NCBI GenBank assembly: GCA_963745835.1
Contig: CAVUZH010000003.1
Coordinates: 288,001 to 352,000 of the forward strand
Reading direction: 5' to 3'
Source: an uncultured delta proteobacterium
GTDB lineage: Bacteria; Desulfobacterota; Binatia; UBA9968
Length of the DNA: 64,000 nucleotides
Made by a program: the position numbers and the translations under genes. Under the pieces are notes generated by a model. That model ran no database searches. It saw nothing but the letters and a program-made list of their open reading frames with translations, and was not told the origin of the DNA. Positions 19,879 to 29,270 of this stretch are shown in pieces (within the stretch, counting starts at the first letter, position 1; the number at the start of each line of letters is the position of its first letter).

Positions 19879-22800
19879 TCAAACGAATCTCTGGACACGA
19901 GATGAACACTTTGGATTCACAGCCTGCCACCCTTCTTTGGGAACGTACCGGTAAGCTAGCTGCGCTTCAGGCTCGATGGCGATGAGATACAGCCATTGGT
20001 TATCGTACAGTCGCTGCAAATGGCGTTGGTTGCTGATGATTTTATCGATTCTTTCCCTGGGCGCCTCCACCAGGGTCACGAGCCGCATCGGCTCATGGTA
20101 GGGCCGCATTCCATTCATGACCGTCTGCCAGGCCAGGCCGGTGCGCAGGTCGCTCTGGGGACCGGACATAATCCCAAAGCGGCCGACTACGTTGTGGTAG
20201 ATTTTGCTACCGCTGCCGTAGCCCGCCGGATCCACTACGGAAAAGTAATGCTCCATATTGATCCATTGTCCGACGATCTGCGGTCCGGCCATCACGACCT
20301 CGAGCAAGCGGCCGTCCGGATCTTCACGGTAATCGTAAGAATGCAGAAAGGCCCGGGCGTCAAGATTGATGCCGCGGGTCAAAGCGCGGCGCCCAATGAT
20401 AAATGCGGCATTGCCGGATAGCCCCCATTCGGGACGGACCTGGCTCCAGTCGGCGCTTCGGCGGTGTACCGTGCGCCGGGCTTTCGAAGCGCCCAGGCTT
20501 ACCTTGATCTCGGGAAATCTAGCGCATCGCTCTTGGCTGTTGCGCGCTCCCGCCGATTCAAGATCGCGGACTAGTTGGAGCAGATCCTTGCGGTGAGTAG
20601 GGGGGAGATCTTCCAGATCGAAGAGATCGATGTCATCGGTGGTGGTATTGTGTTGTCCGGCGATGAAGTAGGTGTCCTGCGGAATGGCAATGCCGTTCTT
20701 GGCGAGCTGCTCCCGCACCAGGGGTTTGTTCGCCATGATCGCCAGCACCCTCGCGTTGGGCTTGCCCGGGTTGCCGCCACAGGCGCCGCAATCGAGAGCC
20801 GCTTCGAAGGGGTTGTTCTCGGAGGTGCTGCCATGGCCGCAAAAAAGCACGAGACGGGCAAAGTTCCGCGTCAGCCCCATCATTCTTAGCGCGGTTTCCA
20901 CGGTGAAGACTTGCTCGCTGAGAGTGAACCCGGTCCGGGTGATACGCTCCATACGAGCAAATGACGCGCCCGGGTTGATGCCGTGGTTTCGCCTGAGATC
21001 TTCAACAAATGCCGCTTCTTCTTCGCGGGAAAGCGCGGTGGAGCGCGCCTGCGGCGATGGTTCCCCCGCGCTCTGTCCGTCGAGCGCCCGCCGACGCAAA
21101 AACTCCAAGCGTTCCAGCGATAGGTTCAGATGGCGCTCACCGAAATTTTCCTGCAGCGCGCGGCGGGTAATTGCGCGCTGTTCCGCCGCCAACATTTCCT
21201 CTACTTCTTCGCGTGACAGTTTGTCTACAGTCAAAGTCGTCGCTACCGGCGGGACCATCTTGCGCCGAAGCCAGCTCATGACGTTTCTATACCAGGTTGG
21301 CCAAAGGGTCTTGCCGACAAAGGGCAGGCTGTAAAACCAACCCAGCGACTCCACCATGACATACGGAGTGACGACATTTTCCTTAAGATCGTAGAGCAGG
21401 GTGTGTCCGGTTTCGAGAAGTTTTTCCCGGTGCCGGCGTCTGAATAAATAGTGGCCTTGATAGGTCCGGGGAATCTCGCGGACCAAATTTTTAGTCTTCA
21501 TGATTACCGGAAACTGATCGGTTTCATGATGGCTGCCGAGGCCCTGGTAGCGGATGAAGACGGCGAAAAAACCTGCGAAGCCGAAGGTCTCGTAATCGCC
21601 AATCGCTTCCAAGTGACGCCGGATCGACTCCGAACGGACGTCGATGCAAAACACCGCCTGCGCCTGATGACGTACTTTTATTTCACCCGGCAATTCGCTT
21701 TGCTCCCCGGCTGGCGCAGATGGGCTTCGACCGGAAGCGACTTGGCTGGCTTGACCGAGGTTTACGGGGAGCTTGCCCAGCAGTTCTTCCTGGTATCCCG
21801 CCTCGAACGCCCTGAGCCATATGGGCCCATGGTCCGCTTCAGGAAATCCATCGATCCACTCGAGCAGTGTCAGCAGGTTGCCGGGCTCGCTTTGCATCAG
21901 AATACCGGAATCATGTCCGAGAGCTTGCGCAAGTGCGAACAAGCGCCAGGCGCCGACGAGAGCTGCCGGGCTATGCTCCTGTGCTTGGCCGAAATATTTC
22001 GGAGATAAGTTGTCGCGCCGCTGCATCTCAGTCAATATTGCATCGATGTTGCCGTCGATGCCGAGCGATTGACGACAGGCTTTTTGCACCAACTCACGTT
22101 CATACCAAACTCGCACCGCAAGATACTGCGCCAGATCGACGGGATAGGCGAGCTGCCATTCATATTCACTTTGATCGGCGCGCCATTTGATGAAGCCCGC
22201 CCATCCCGATAGAGCCACGAGGTGAAGCGAGAGATAATCCTGCCGGGCATCGACCGGGATACCAAGGGTCGCTAAACTTTCGAGCAGCGCATCTTCCGGC
22301 TGCTCCGGCAATCGGCCCAGCTTCTCGCGACTGTTCTCGATTGCTGCGGGAGACCATTCCTGTTGAGCGAGAAATCTCCAGGCGGCGTAGAAACCCTTCT
22401 CACGCCGCGGCATAGGCCAGGTGGCATGACCTTCGTCCAAAAACGCCTCGCACCATTTAACCAATTCACGGTTAATTTGCTCGCCGATTTGGGTGCCCAG
22501 GGTGCGATCGCACCAGCTGGCCAGCATCAGAGTTCGACCGAGATCTCCCTGCTCTGCGGTAGCCCGCCAGCTCTGCGGCGGTTTCGCAGCCGACGTCAGA
22601 TGATTTGCCAGCGATTTGATCGCGTTGCGCTCGGGATGGCGCTCGAGCAGAGTGGCGAAACTGTCATCAGGAGGAGGAGAAAGATCTTGCAGCATGCAGG
22701 CGCGAAGCACGGCCCCGAGAGTCACGTCATGAGCGCCTAATTGGACGTGCCTGTTTTCTGCGCGCGCTTTTAGCGCGGCATCGAGTTGATCGGGCAGAAT

Positions 22801-23049
22801 CCGGCCCGAGCGGAAATAGTCGCGAAAAACTTCAACGGACAAATAACCCTTGCCGTCGAGCAATCGCTCAGCCCGAGAAATGGCCTCTTCAAAATGGAGA
22901 TACTCCAGGCCGTGTAGCGGATTGTGGTGCACGAATGTGCGCATGGGCCAGTAATCGGCAATGACCTCGCTCGCCAGTAGGATCAACGCTCGGAGCTCAC
23001 TCCGCTGGGATTCGCTGTACTGTGTTGCTGCCATTTGTGCCGTAGTCAT
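19879..23049 (-). CDS. dabA: Probable inorganic carbon transporter subunit DabA (DUF2309/UPF0753, beta-carbonic-anhydrase-like)
   Basis: 'WPMRTFVHHNPLHGLE', zinc ligands 'FCIDVRSE', 'CGHGS' and 'CGACGG', 'DWSQVRPEWGL', 'FLHSYD', 'HEPMRL'; ATGA overlap with dabB. Confidence 0.93.
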   Translation of the reverse strand: MTTAQMAATQYSESQRSELRALILLASEVIADYWPMRTFVHHNPLHGLEYLHFEEAISRAERLLDGKGYLSVEVFRDYFRSGRILPDQLDAALKARAENRHVQLGAHDVTLGAVLRACMLQDLSPPPDDSFATLLERHPERNAIKSLANHLTSAAKPPQSWRATAEQGDLGRTLMLASWCDRTLGTQIGEQINRELVKWCEAFLDEGHATWPMPRREKGFYAAWRFLAQQEWSPAAIENSREKLGRLPEQPEDALLESLATLGIPVDARQDYLSLHLVALSGWAGFIKWRADQSEYEWQLAYPVDLAQYLAVRVWYERELVQKACRQSLGIDGNIDAILTEMQRRDNLSPKYFGQAQEHSPAALVGAWRLFALAQALGHDSGILMQSEPGNLLTLLEWIDGFPEADHGPIWLRAFEAGYQEELLGKLPVNLGQASQVASGRSPSAPAGEQSELPGEIKVRHQAQAVFCIDVRSESIRRHLEAIGDYETFGFAGFFAVFIRYQGLGSHHETDQFPVIMKTKNLVREIPRTYQGHYLFRRRHREKLLETGHTLLYDLKENVVTPYVMVESLGWFYSLPFVGKTLWPTWYRNVMSWLRRKMVPPVATTLTVDKLSREEVEEMLAAEQRAITRRALQENFGERHLNLSLERLEFLRRRALDGQSAGEPSPQARSTALSREEEAAFVEDLRRNHGINPGASFARMERITRTGFTLSEQVFTVETALRMMGLTRNFARLVLFCGHGSTSENNPFEAALDCGACGGNPGKPNARVLAIMANKPLVREQLAKNGIAIPQDTYFIAGQHNTTTDDIDLFDLEDLPPTHRKDLLQLVRDLESAGARNSQERCARFPEIKVSLGASKARRTVHRRSADWSQVRPEWGLSGNAAFIIGRRALTRGINLDARAFLHSYDYREDPDGRLLEVVMAGPQIVGQWINMEHYFSVVDPAGYGSGSKIYHNVVGRFGIMSGPQSDLRTGLAWQTVMNGMRPYHEPMRLVTLVEAPRERIDKIISNQRHLQRLYDNQWLYLIAIEPEAQLAYRYVPKEGWQAVNPKCSSRVQRFV

Positions 23050-25620
23050 CTCCATGGCATGCGAGTGCCGTGCGCCAGTGGAACGGTTTCGAACCAATCA
23101 AGCGGCACGGCGCCGAGGGCGATTAGAATCAGCAGCAGAAGCGCGAACACCGCAACCTCACTTGTTTGGAAGTCGTTATAGCGAATATCGGAGCGGTGCG
23201 GACCAAACAGAAGCCGCTGCATCATTCTGAACAAATACCACGATGCCAAGAACCAGGTGAATAGAATCACCATCAGTCCCCACGAAACCGTAGCCGAAGC
23301 CTGCAGCAACATCGCCACATATGCGGAAAAAACGCCAAACGGAAGCAGCCCTAAGGCCGCCATAACCAACAAAGAAAACACGGTAGCAAAGCGGGGCATC
23401 GGCCCTGCCAAACCGTGCATGCCGTCTAAAGTCAAATCGCCGTACCGTCCACGTACGCGTTCCCAAGCAAGGAGCAGTCCGGCGGAAATCAATATTGTCG
23501 TGACCAAGTAGATGATTGCTTGAACAGCCAGATTTCCTGTAATGCCGAGACTCCACCACAGAGCTGAAAAGAAAGCTACGCCGGCGTAGGCCACAAGTTG
23601 CGGAACTCTCGTTTGACCCAAAGCTTTGAGCGATCCATACACCGCGCCGAATAAGGCCAGCACGCTTACGGCACGAAGAGTCTCGACCGGAAGATCCGGC
23701 ATCAACTGAGCGATCCCGAACACTCCCGCCGCCGGCAGCAGCATGGCGAGGACTACTGCTTGATATCCTGGCCAGCGCGTGAGCGCAGCCACGTAGATTC
23801 CGTGCAGGGGAAAGAGTGGTAGCAGAATAGCAATCAAGATGAATAACCCGATTTCCGCCGGCTGACCCGGCAGCCGCGCGCCGAAGGCTAGTGCCGAGCC
23901 AATGGCGATCAAAGCTGCCAGATACGGGAAGACTCTGCTTGCATTCAGACGATCGACCTCACCTCTAAAGAGTTGGGTGAATCTGATGGCTAGCGCATCG
24001 AGGTAGAGTCGATTCATCAAAAGCAGGTAAATACGAACCCGTAAGTGATTCACCCATTCCGGCATGCCGATCGTTCGCCCATGGCTCTCTGCATAAATCA
24101 GAATCCAGCCAAGAATGATGACCAAGGCAAACGCCGATACCAAGACATCGAACAGTAGGACCGGTAAAGCGCCGGCTTGAAAGTGGGCAGCTACCTGGCC
24201 CGGCGCCGGAAATAAGAAGTGTGTGAAGCTTTCCGCTGCCAGCAGATAGGTGATGACCACGAGGAAGAGTGTAAAGAGCATGCTCATAGCCACCTTCCAA
24301 GTAGCGACCGCCCGCAGGCGATATAGTGTCAGGATGGCTTGGGAAGAGGTGGCCCAGCCGAAGAAGAGAAAGATCGTCGTTCCCTGTGAATCTCTCAATG
24401 GAATGCGCAGGATGCCATGAGCCGCTAGCAGGATGATCAACGGAAGGATCAGGGTTGTAAGAAATCCGGTGAGCCAGGTGAGAGTCGAAAATTGACTTCT
24501 CTCGATTCCCTCACTCTTGGGAGGCAGTCGGGGTTCTTGGCGAGCGGCATGAATCACGTAGCCGCAATTTAAAAATATCGTGCCTTTAAACAGGCCATGG
24601 GCGATTAAGTGAAAGATTGCAAGGCCGTAGGCGCCCAGACCGCATTCCATAATCATAAAGCCCATCTGTCCAATGGTTGAATAGCCCAAGCGTCTTCTTG
24701 ATGTCGTTCTGAACCAGCATCATGGAAGAACCCAGCAGAGTAGTAACCATGCCGACGGCGAAGACCAGATGGAGCGTTGGCGGATTCAAATCGTAGAGCG
24801 GCGCCAGACGGGTCAAGAGAAAACCGCCTGCGTTGATAATTCCGGCGTGCAGCAGGGCATGGACCGGTGTCGGCGCGTACAGAGAATCGGGCAGCCACAT
24901 GTGCAATGGAAACTGCGCCGACTTGGTCATGGCGCCGATGAAAATCAATAGAGTGACGGCGGTGTCGGCGCGCATCTCGAAGCTACCGCCGGGCCCGAGA
25001 AAGAGCGAGCTTTGGACCTCGGCAGCGCGCAAAAACAGCTGCTGAAAATCCAAGCTGCCATACGTGCGATACGCCAGCACGATTGCGGCGAGAAAGGCAA
25101 CGTCGCCGATGCGCTGCATAACAAATGTTCTAAAGGCGCCCCGGACTGTTAGTGAGTGGCTGTAGTTGTGAGACAGGAGCGGCACGAGCCAACTCAGCAG
25201 TTGCCAGAATATGAAGAGCATTAGTAGATTGGCGCTCGACACCATGCCGAACAGAACGAAACCGGTAAAAGCCAGTAAGCTGTGAAAGCGAGTATATCCG
25301 CGCTCCTGTTGCATGTAGCGGATCGAAAATAGATGGATCAGGATACTGATTGCGGCGATATGCACGAGCATCACCGACGAAAGCCGATCAATGTGCAAAC
25401 CGAATTGTAAGATCCCGTCGTGCCAGGATGATAAATGGATGGTTTGCGGTCCGCGAGTGGTTACTTCGTAAAGGACCAGCAGCGAGAGCGCGAAAGAAAT
25501 CACTTCCGCCGCCACGCCGATCCGGCCAGCCTTAGGGCCGAGCGTGCGTCCCAGAAGGCCGATGATCAATCCCGCCGCCAACGGCAAAAGGAGTATCAAC
25601 GCAGGATAATAAGCGAGCAT
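23046..25620 (-). CDS. dabB: DabB (NuoL/MrpA-like proton-conducting subunit) with an extra C-terminal NuoM/N-like membrane domain; +1 frameshift at ~24686
   Basis: 'KSAQFPLHMWLPD..APTPVHALLHAG'; removing one G from a GGG run restores 'DIKKTLGYSTIGQMG' and joins ORFs 24586-25620 and 23046-24689. Confidence 0.88.
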
Positions 25621-25705
25621 GATCTTGGTCTAGAACCTGTCAATGCATAATATGACGATAAAAGATCGTCGTCTCGTTTGAGAAATAGCTGCCGCGCCGC
25701 AAGCC

Positions 25706-25735
25706 AAAAAAAGCCGGCCCTTTGAAGAGCCGGCT
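25706..25735 (-). terminator. Intrinsic terminator in the dabB 5' leader (attenuator)
   Basis: AGCCGGCUCU-UCAA-AGGGCCGGCU-UUUUUU, ending about 85 nt upstream of the dabB start and in the same orientation. Confidence 0.75.
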
Positions 25736-25780
25736 AGTCCATACCGATCCCAACTGCCTGCTTCAGGCTATCGGTAGAAT
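25730..25780 (-). ncRNA. Candidate cis-regulatory leader RNA (riboswitch-like aptamer) upstream of dabBA
   Basis: UACCGAU-A-GCCUG-AAG-CAGGC-AGUUGGG-AUCGGUA-UGGAC: nested stems P1 (7 bp) and P2 (5 bp) abutting the terminator. Confidence 0.5.
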
Positions 25781-25786
25781 TTTTTT

Positions 25787-25815
25787 ACCATAGCGTATGA
25801 CTTTAGGGCAGTAAA
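25787..25815 (-). promoter_or_regulatory. Putative sigma70 promoter of the dab leader
   Basis: TTTACT-N17-TATGGT on the minus strand, placing the TSS just before the P1 stem. Confidence 0.5.
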
Positions 25816-26038
25816 GCCATTGCATCCGCTCATGAGCCGAATAGCAGCCGCCTTTTGATTCACCAGGCACCGAACTGTGCTGATTAGCAAACCGGATGAT
25901 GGTCAGATTGCTTGCCGCCCGCCAGTAGCGATGCTAAAGACATAGCCACTCATGACGACTTAGTTTGTTTGCGCGCGAAATCGTAAAGGTGATCGTTAGA
26001 CGGAAAAGCATGGTTTTTCAACTAGGACACTAATTTAT

Positions 26039-26941
26039 ATGGATGCGTACGATATTGTAGTAGCCGGCGGCGGAATGGCCGGCCTGAGTGCTGCTCTGTA
26101 CGGCGGCTGGCTGGGACATACGGTTTTCCTTGCCGAACGGCAGATGTTTGGCGGGCAGATTGTCAACGCCGATCAGATCGAGAATTATCCGGGCTTCCCG
26201 GACGGTGTTTTGGGTGCTGACTTGGTGTCGCAAGTGCGCATGCAAGCGTTAAAGCTCGGCGCAAAGATGCAATACCTCGAAATGACCGGCATTAAGACTG
26301 AGGGAGACGGGTTCCAATTGGCTACGGCGGAGGAACCGATTCAAGCAAAGACCGTGATCGTTGCGACAGGGGGCAATCACCGGGTTCTCGGAATCAGGGG
26401 AGAAGCCGAATTCGAAGGCCGGGGCGTTTCCCGCTGTGCTACTTGCGATGGCGCATTTTTCCGGGACCAGCCTGTGGCAGTCGTTGGCGGCGGTGATACA
26501 GCTCTCGATGAAGCTTTGTATCTTTCAAAGATTGCCTCACGGGTCACCATCATCCTTCAAGAGGCAACGCCTATCGCGAGCGAAACTCTATTGCGCCGTG
26601 CGCGAGAGAATCCGAAGATCGAGTTTGTCGCAAATGCAACGCTTGAAGAAATTTCCGGTAACCATTCGATCGAATCACTACGCTTGAATAACGGAACTCA
26701 TGTCCCGGTTGCCGGCGTATTTGTCGCCATTGGGTTCGAACCTGAGACCAGTCTTTTGAAGAATCTCGTGGAGCTGGACCCGATCGGGCATGCGCCGGTG
26801 GACATTCATATGCAGACCACCGTGCCTGGACTCTTCGCCGTCGGATCGGCGCGGCAAGGAAACGCCGGACAACTTGTAAGCGCGGCCGGGGATGGCGTTA
26901 CCGCAGCGCTGGCGGCGCACCGGTACCTTATGAATATTTGA
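26039..26941 (+). CDS. trxB: Thioredoxin reductase-like FAD-dependent disulfide oxidoreductase
   Basis: 'GGGMAG', 'IENYPGF', 'GRGVSRCATCDG', 'GGGDTA'. Confidence 0.85.
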   Translation: MDAYDIVVAGGGMAGLSAALYGGWLGHTVFLAERQMFGGQIVNADQIENYPGFPDGVLGADLVSQVRMQALKLGAKMQYLEMTGIKTEGDGFQLATAEEPIQAKTVIVATGGNHRVLGIRGEAEFEGRGVSRCATCDGAFFRDQPVAVVGGGDTALDEALYLSKIASRVTIILQEATPIASETLLRRARENPKIEFVANATLEEISGNHSIESLRLNNGTHVPVAGVFVAIGFEPETSLLKNLVELDPIGHAPVDIHMQTTVPGLFAVGSARQGNAGQLVSAAGDGVTAALAAHRYLMNI

Positions 26942-27310
26942 ATTGAACCGGATCGGTCATTACTCCGCGGCTGCTCATCTATTCCAACTCCACTTAGGCA
27001 GGCTGCCTGCGCCTATCGTCATAGAATTTGCAATCGATAACGAGTAGTAGTTTCGTAGCCGCGGATATTTCTTTTCTTCTCTAGGCATCATCCAATCTAA
27101 AATGCGGCGATATGTGGGAAACGGCCGGCGATCATTAGCTGCGCGATCCCTCGGATCGGGTCGATGTTTGTCCGTCCCGTGATTCGAGCTCACGGTTGCG
27201 GCGCATGGATGACTTGCATATAACGGACAAACAACTGAAAAAAATTCTTTATGCCAGTTCTTGTATGAGAGTCTCACAAAACACCTGGTCTCTTAGGAGG
27301 ATGCAGTCCA

Positions 27311-27847
27311 ATGGCAATGCTCAAGATGCTTGACCCAAGAGCCAGTGTAAATCCCGAAGAGCGGCCTCTGATGCCGGGCTTGGATTCGCTGGAAGGGAAG
27401 GTAATCGGCATTATCGACAACGGCCAATCAAATTCCACGGCGATGTTCCAAGAATTGGCGAAGTTGATGCGGGAAAAATTTCAAACAGCAGAAATAGTTT
27501 TTAAGACGAAGCCCTCGCATATGCAGGGAGCGCCCAGGCCGATTATAGAGGAATTCGTCAGCCGTTGTGATGCGGTGATCACCGGCCTGGGAGCTTGAGG
27601 GTCGTGCACGTCGTGGAGTGTCCACGACGCCATCGAGCTGCAAAAAAAGGGAAAGCCGACAGTTACTCTGTGTCAATCGATTTTCATGGAGCTGGCCAAG
27701 ACCGAAGCGAAGTTCTTTGGGCTCGCTACGCTTCCATTGGTGGAAATTCCACATCATCCGAGCGGCGGCGCCAGAGCCGGCGAGCATCGCGCCGATGCCG
27801 AAGGAGCGGTGGATTTGGTGCGCCAGCGGCTGACACTGGCGATATAG
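27311..27847 (+). CDS. UGSC-family selenoprotein (TGA at 27596-27598 read as Sec)
   Basis: 'ITGLGA-U-GSCTSWSVHDAIELQKKGKPTV' continues in frame to TAG at 27845; UxxC motif; SECIS-like hairpin downstream of the TGA. The C-terminus is uncertain. Confidence 0.85.
27609..27629 (+). promoter_or_regulatory. Bacterial SECIS-like hairpin
   Basis: CGTCGTGGA-GTG-TCCACGACG (9-bp stem) starting 11 nt after the in-frame TGA. Confidence 0.7.
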
Positions 27848-28031
27848 AGGCAGCACCTGCCAGGTCAAACATAGCTTGGGCTAAGAACATCGACAGAGTA
27901 ATGGAGATGATCGTAAAAAGCCTGCAAGGCACCCCTACCTCAATCCTGCCCCGCAAGGCGGAAGGAAGAAGACGCGAACCGCGAACACCCGGCCACAAGA
28001 CCGCTCGTAGCAGGTACTTAGGAGTTTGCTG

Positions 28032-29099
28032 ATGACGACCCTCACCTCACCCATCATTGAAGTCGAAGACAGTTGGGAAGCGGCCAACGATTGGTTCTGC
28101 CGTGAAAAGCTGAGCGATGGTTTACCGATCGTACCGCCGACTCCGGAGCGCGTGACGAGAATGCTCGAGGGCGCCGACCGTGATCCGCAGGAAGTGATCG
28201 GCCTCATCCCGCCAAAGTGGGCGCCGGCAAGCATAGAGAAGCTGGCCATCAACGCCGTCATGGCCGGATGCCTGCCGGAATACTTGCCGGTGATTATTGC
28301 CGCTGTCGAAGCAATCTGCGAGCCCCGGTTCAACCTCTACGGCGTGCAGGCAACCACCGGGTACGTCGGTCCGGCGCTGCTTCTCAACGGTCCGATCAGG
28401 ACCGCGCTCAACGTCAATTGCGACTCCGGCGTTTTTGGCCCTGGTTTTCGAGCGAACGCGACCATCGGCCGCGCGATTCGCTTGATACTCATCACGATCG
28501 GCGGAGGTTTTCCCGGCGACACTGATCGATCGACCTTCGGTTGGCCGGGCAAGTACACCATGTGCTTCGGTGAAAATCAGGAGAAAAGCCCCTGGGAGCC
28601 GTATCACGTGGAAATGGGTTTCAAGCCTGATGACAGCACCGTGACCGTTTTCGGCATCAATGGTTTCCTGCCGATTCACACTGCCGGCAATCGCGGCGAG
28701 CAGGCGCTCTCCTCATTGGCCGAAGTCATAAAGATGCACCATGGCGTGAGCCATCTCGATGTCGGCAGCTTCGGAGGCGGAACGCCGCTCATCGGCCTCG
28801 GCATCGAAGACGCGGAGATCATGGCTCGGGACGGTATCACCAAGAAGCAAGTTAAGGATTATCTCTGGGAGCATGCATCGTTGAAATTTACTGAAGTTCC
28901 CGCACGGCGCAAGGGACATAAAGGTGATGATGAGCTGCTGCGCGAATCGCCAAACGTCACGCCGGACGGGGTCGTTCACCTGTCGACCAAAGCCGAAGAT
29001 ATTATGGTCGTGGTGCTCGGCGGCAAGCACCGCCATTCCGTCTTCCTGCCGATGTGGACCGGCCGGAACACTTTATCGGTGATTAAACCGATTCGATGA
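28032..29099 (+). CDS. UGSC-associated protein ('DGLPIVPPT' family)
   Basis: 'SDGLPIVPPTPERV', 'AINAVMAGCLPEY', 'RANATIGRA', 'ENQEKSPW'. Confidence 0.8.
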   Translation: MTTLTSPIIEVEDSWEAANDWFCREKLSDGLPIVPPTPERVTRMLEGADRDPQEVIGLIPPKWAPASIEKLAINAVMAGCLPEYLPVIIAAVEAICEPRFNLYGVQATTGYVGPALLLNGPIRTALNVNCDSGVFGPGFRANATIGRAIRLILITIGGGFPGDTDRSTFGWPGKYTMCFGENQEKSPWEPYHVEMGFKPDDSTVTVFGINGFLPIHTAGNRGEQALSSLAEVIKMHHGVSHLDVGSFGGGTPLIGLGIEDAEIMARDGITKKQVKDYLWEHASLKFTEVPARRKGHKGDDELLRESPNVTPDGVVHLSTKAEDIMVVVLGGKHRHSVFLPMWTGRNTLSVIKPIR

Positions 29100-29270
29100 T
29101 AAGGGGCGCTGGAGCGACGGAGCGGCTCGACGCTTACATTCAAGAGACCGCCGATTTCCTCTATATAGCCAATGCGACGGTGGACACGCTATAACCCGAA
29201 GTATATCGACCCTGCTTATCGGCATCAGGCACTGGCGAAACTGGGCAAGAGCTAAACGGAGGACGTAGCG

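Noticed and set aside
23046-25620. Respiratory complex I (nuoL/nuoM) or Mrp antiporter operon
   Set aside because: No other nuo or mrp subunits are present; direct coupling to DUF2309 identifies it as DabB.
26975-27277. 100-aa minus-strand ORF between trxB-like and UGSC genes
   Set aside because: No motif or RBS, and opposite to the flanking genes.
27595-28032. 145-aa and 71-aa ORFs as separate genes
   Set aside because: Better explained by Sec readthrough in the 27311 frame.
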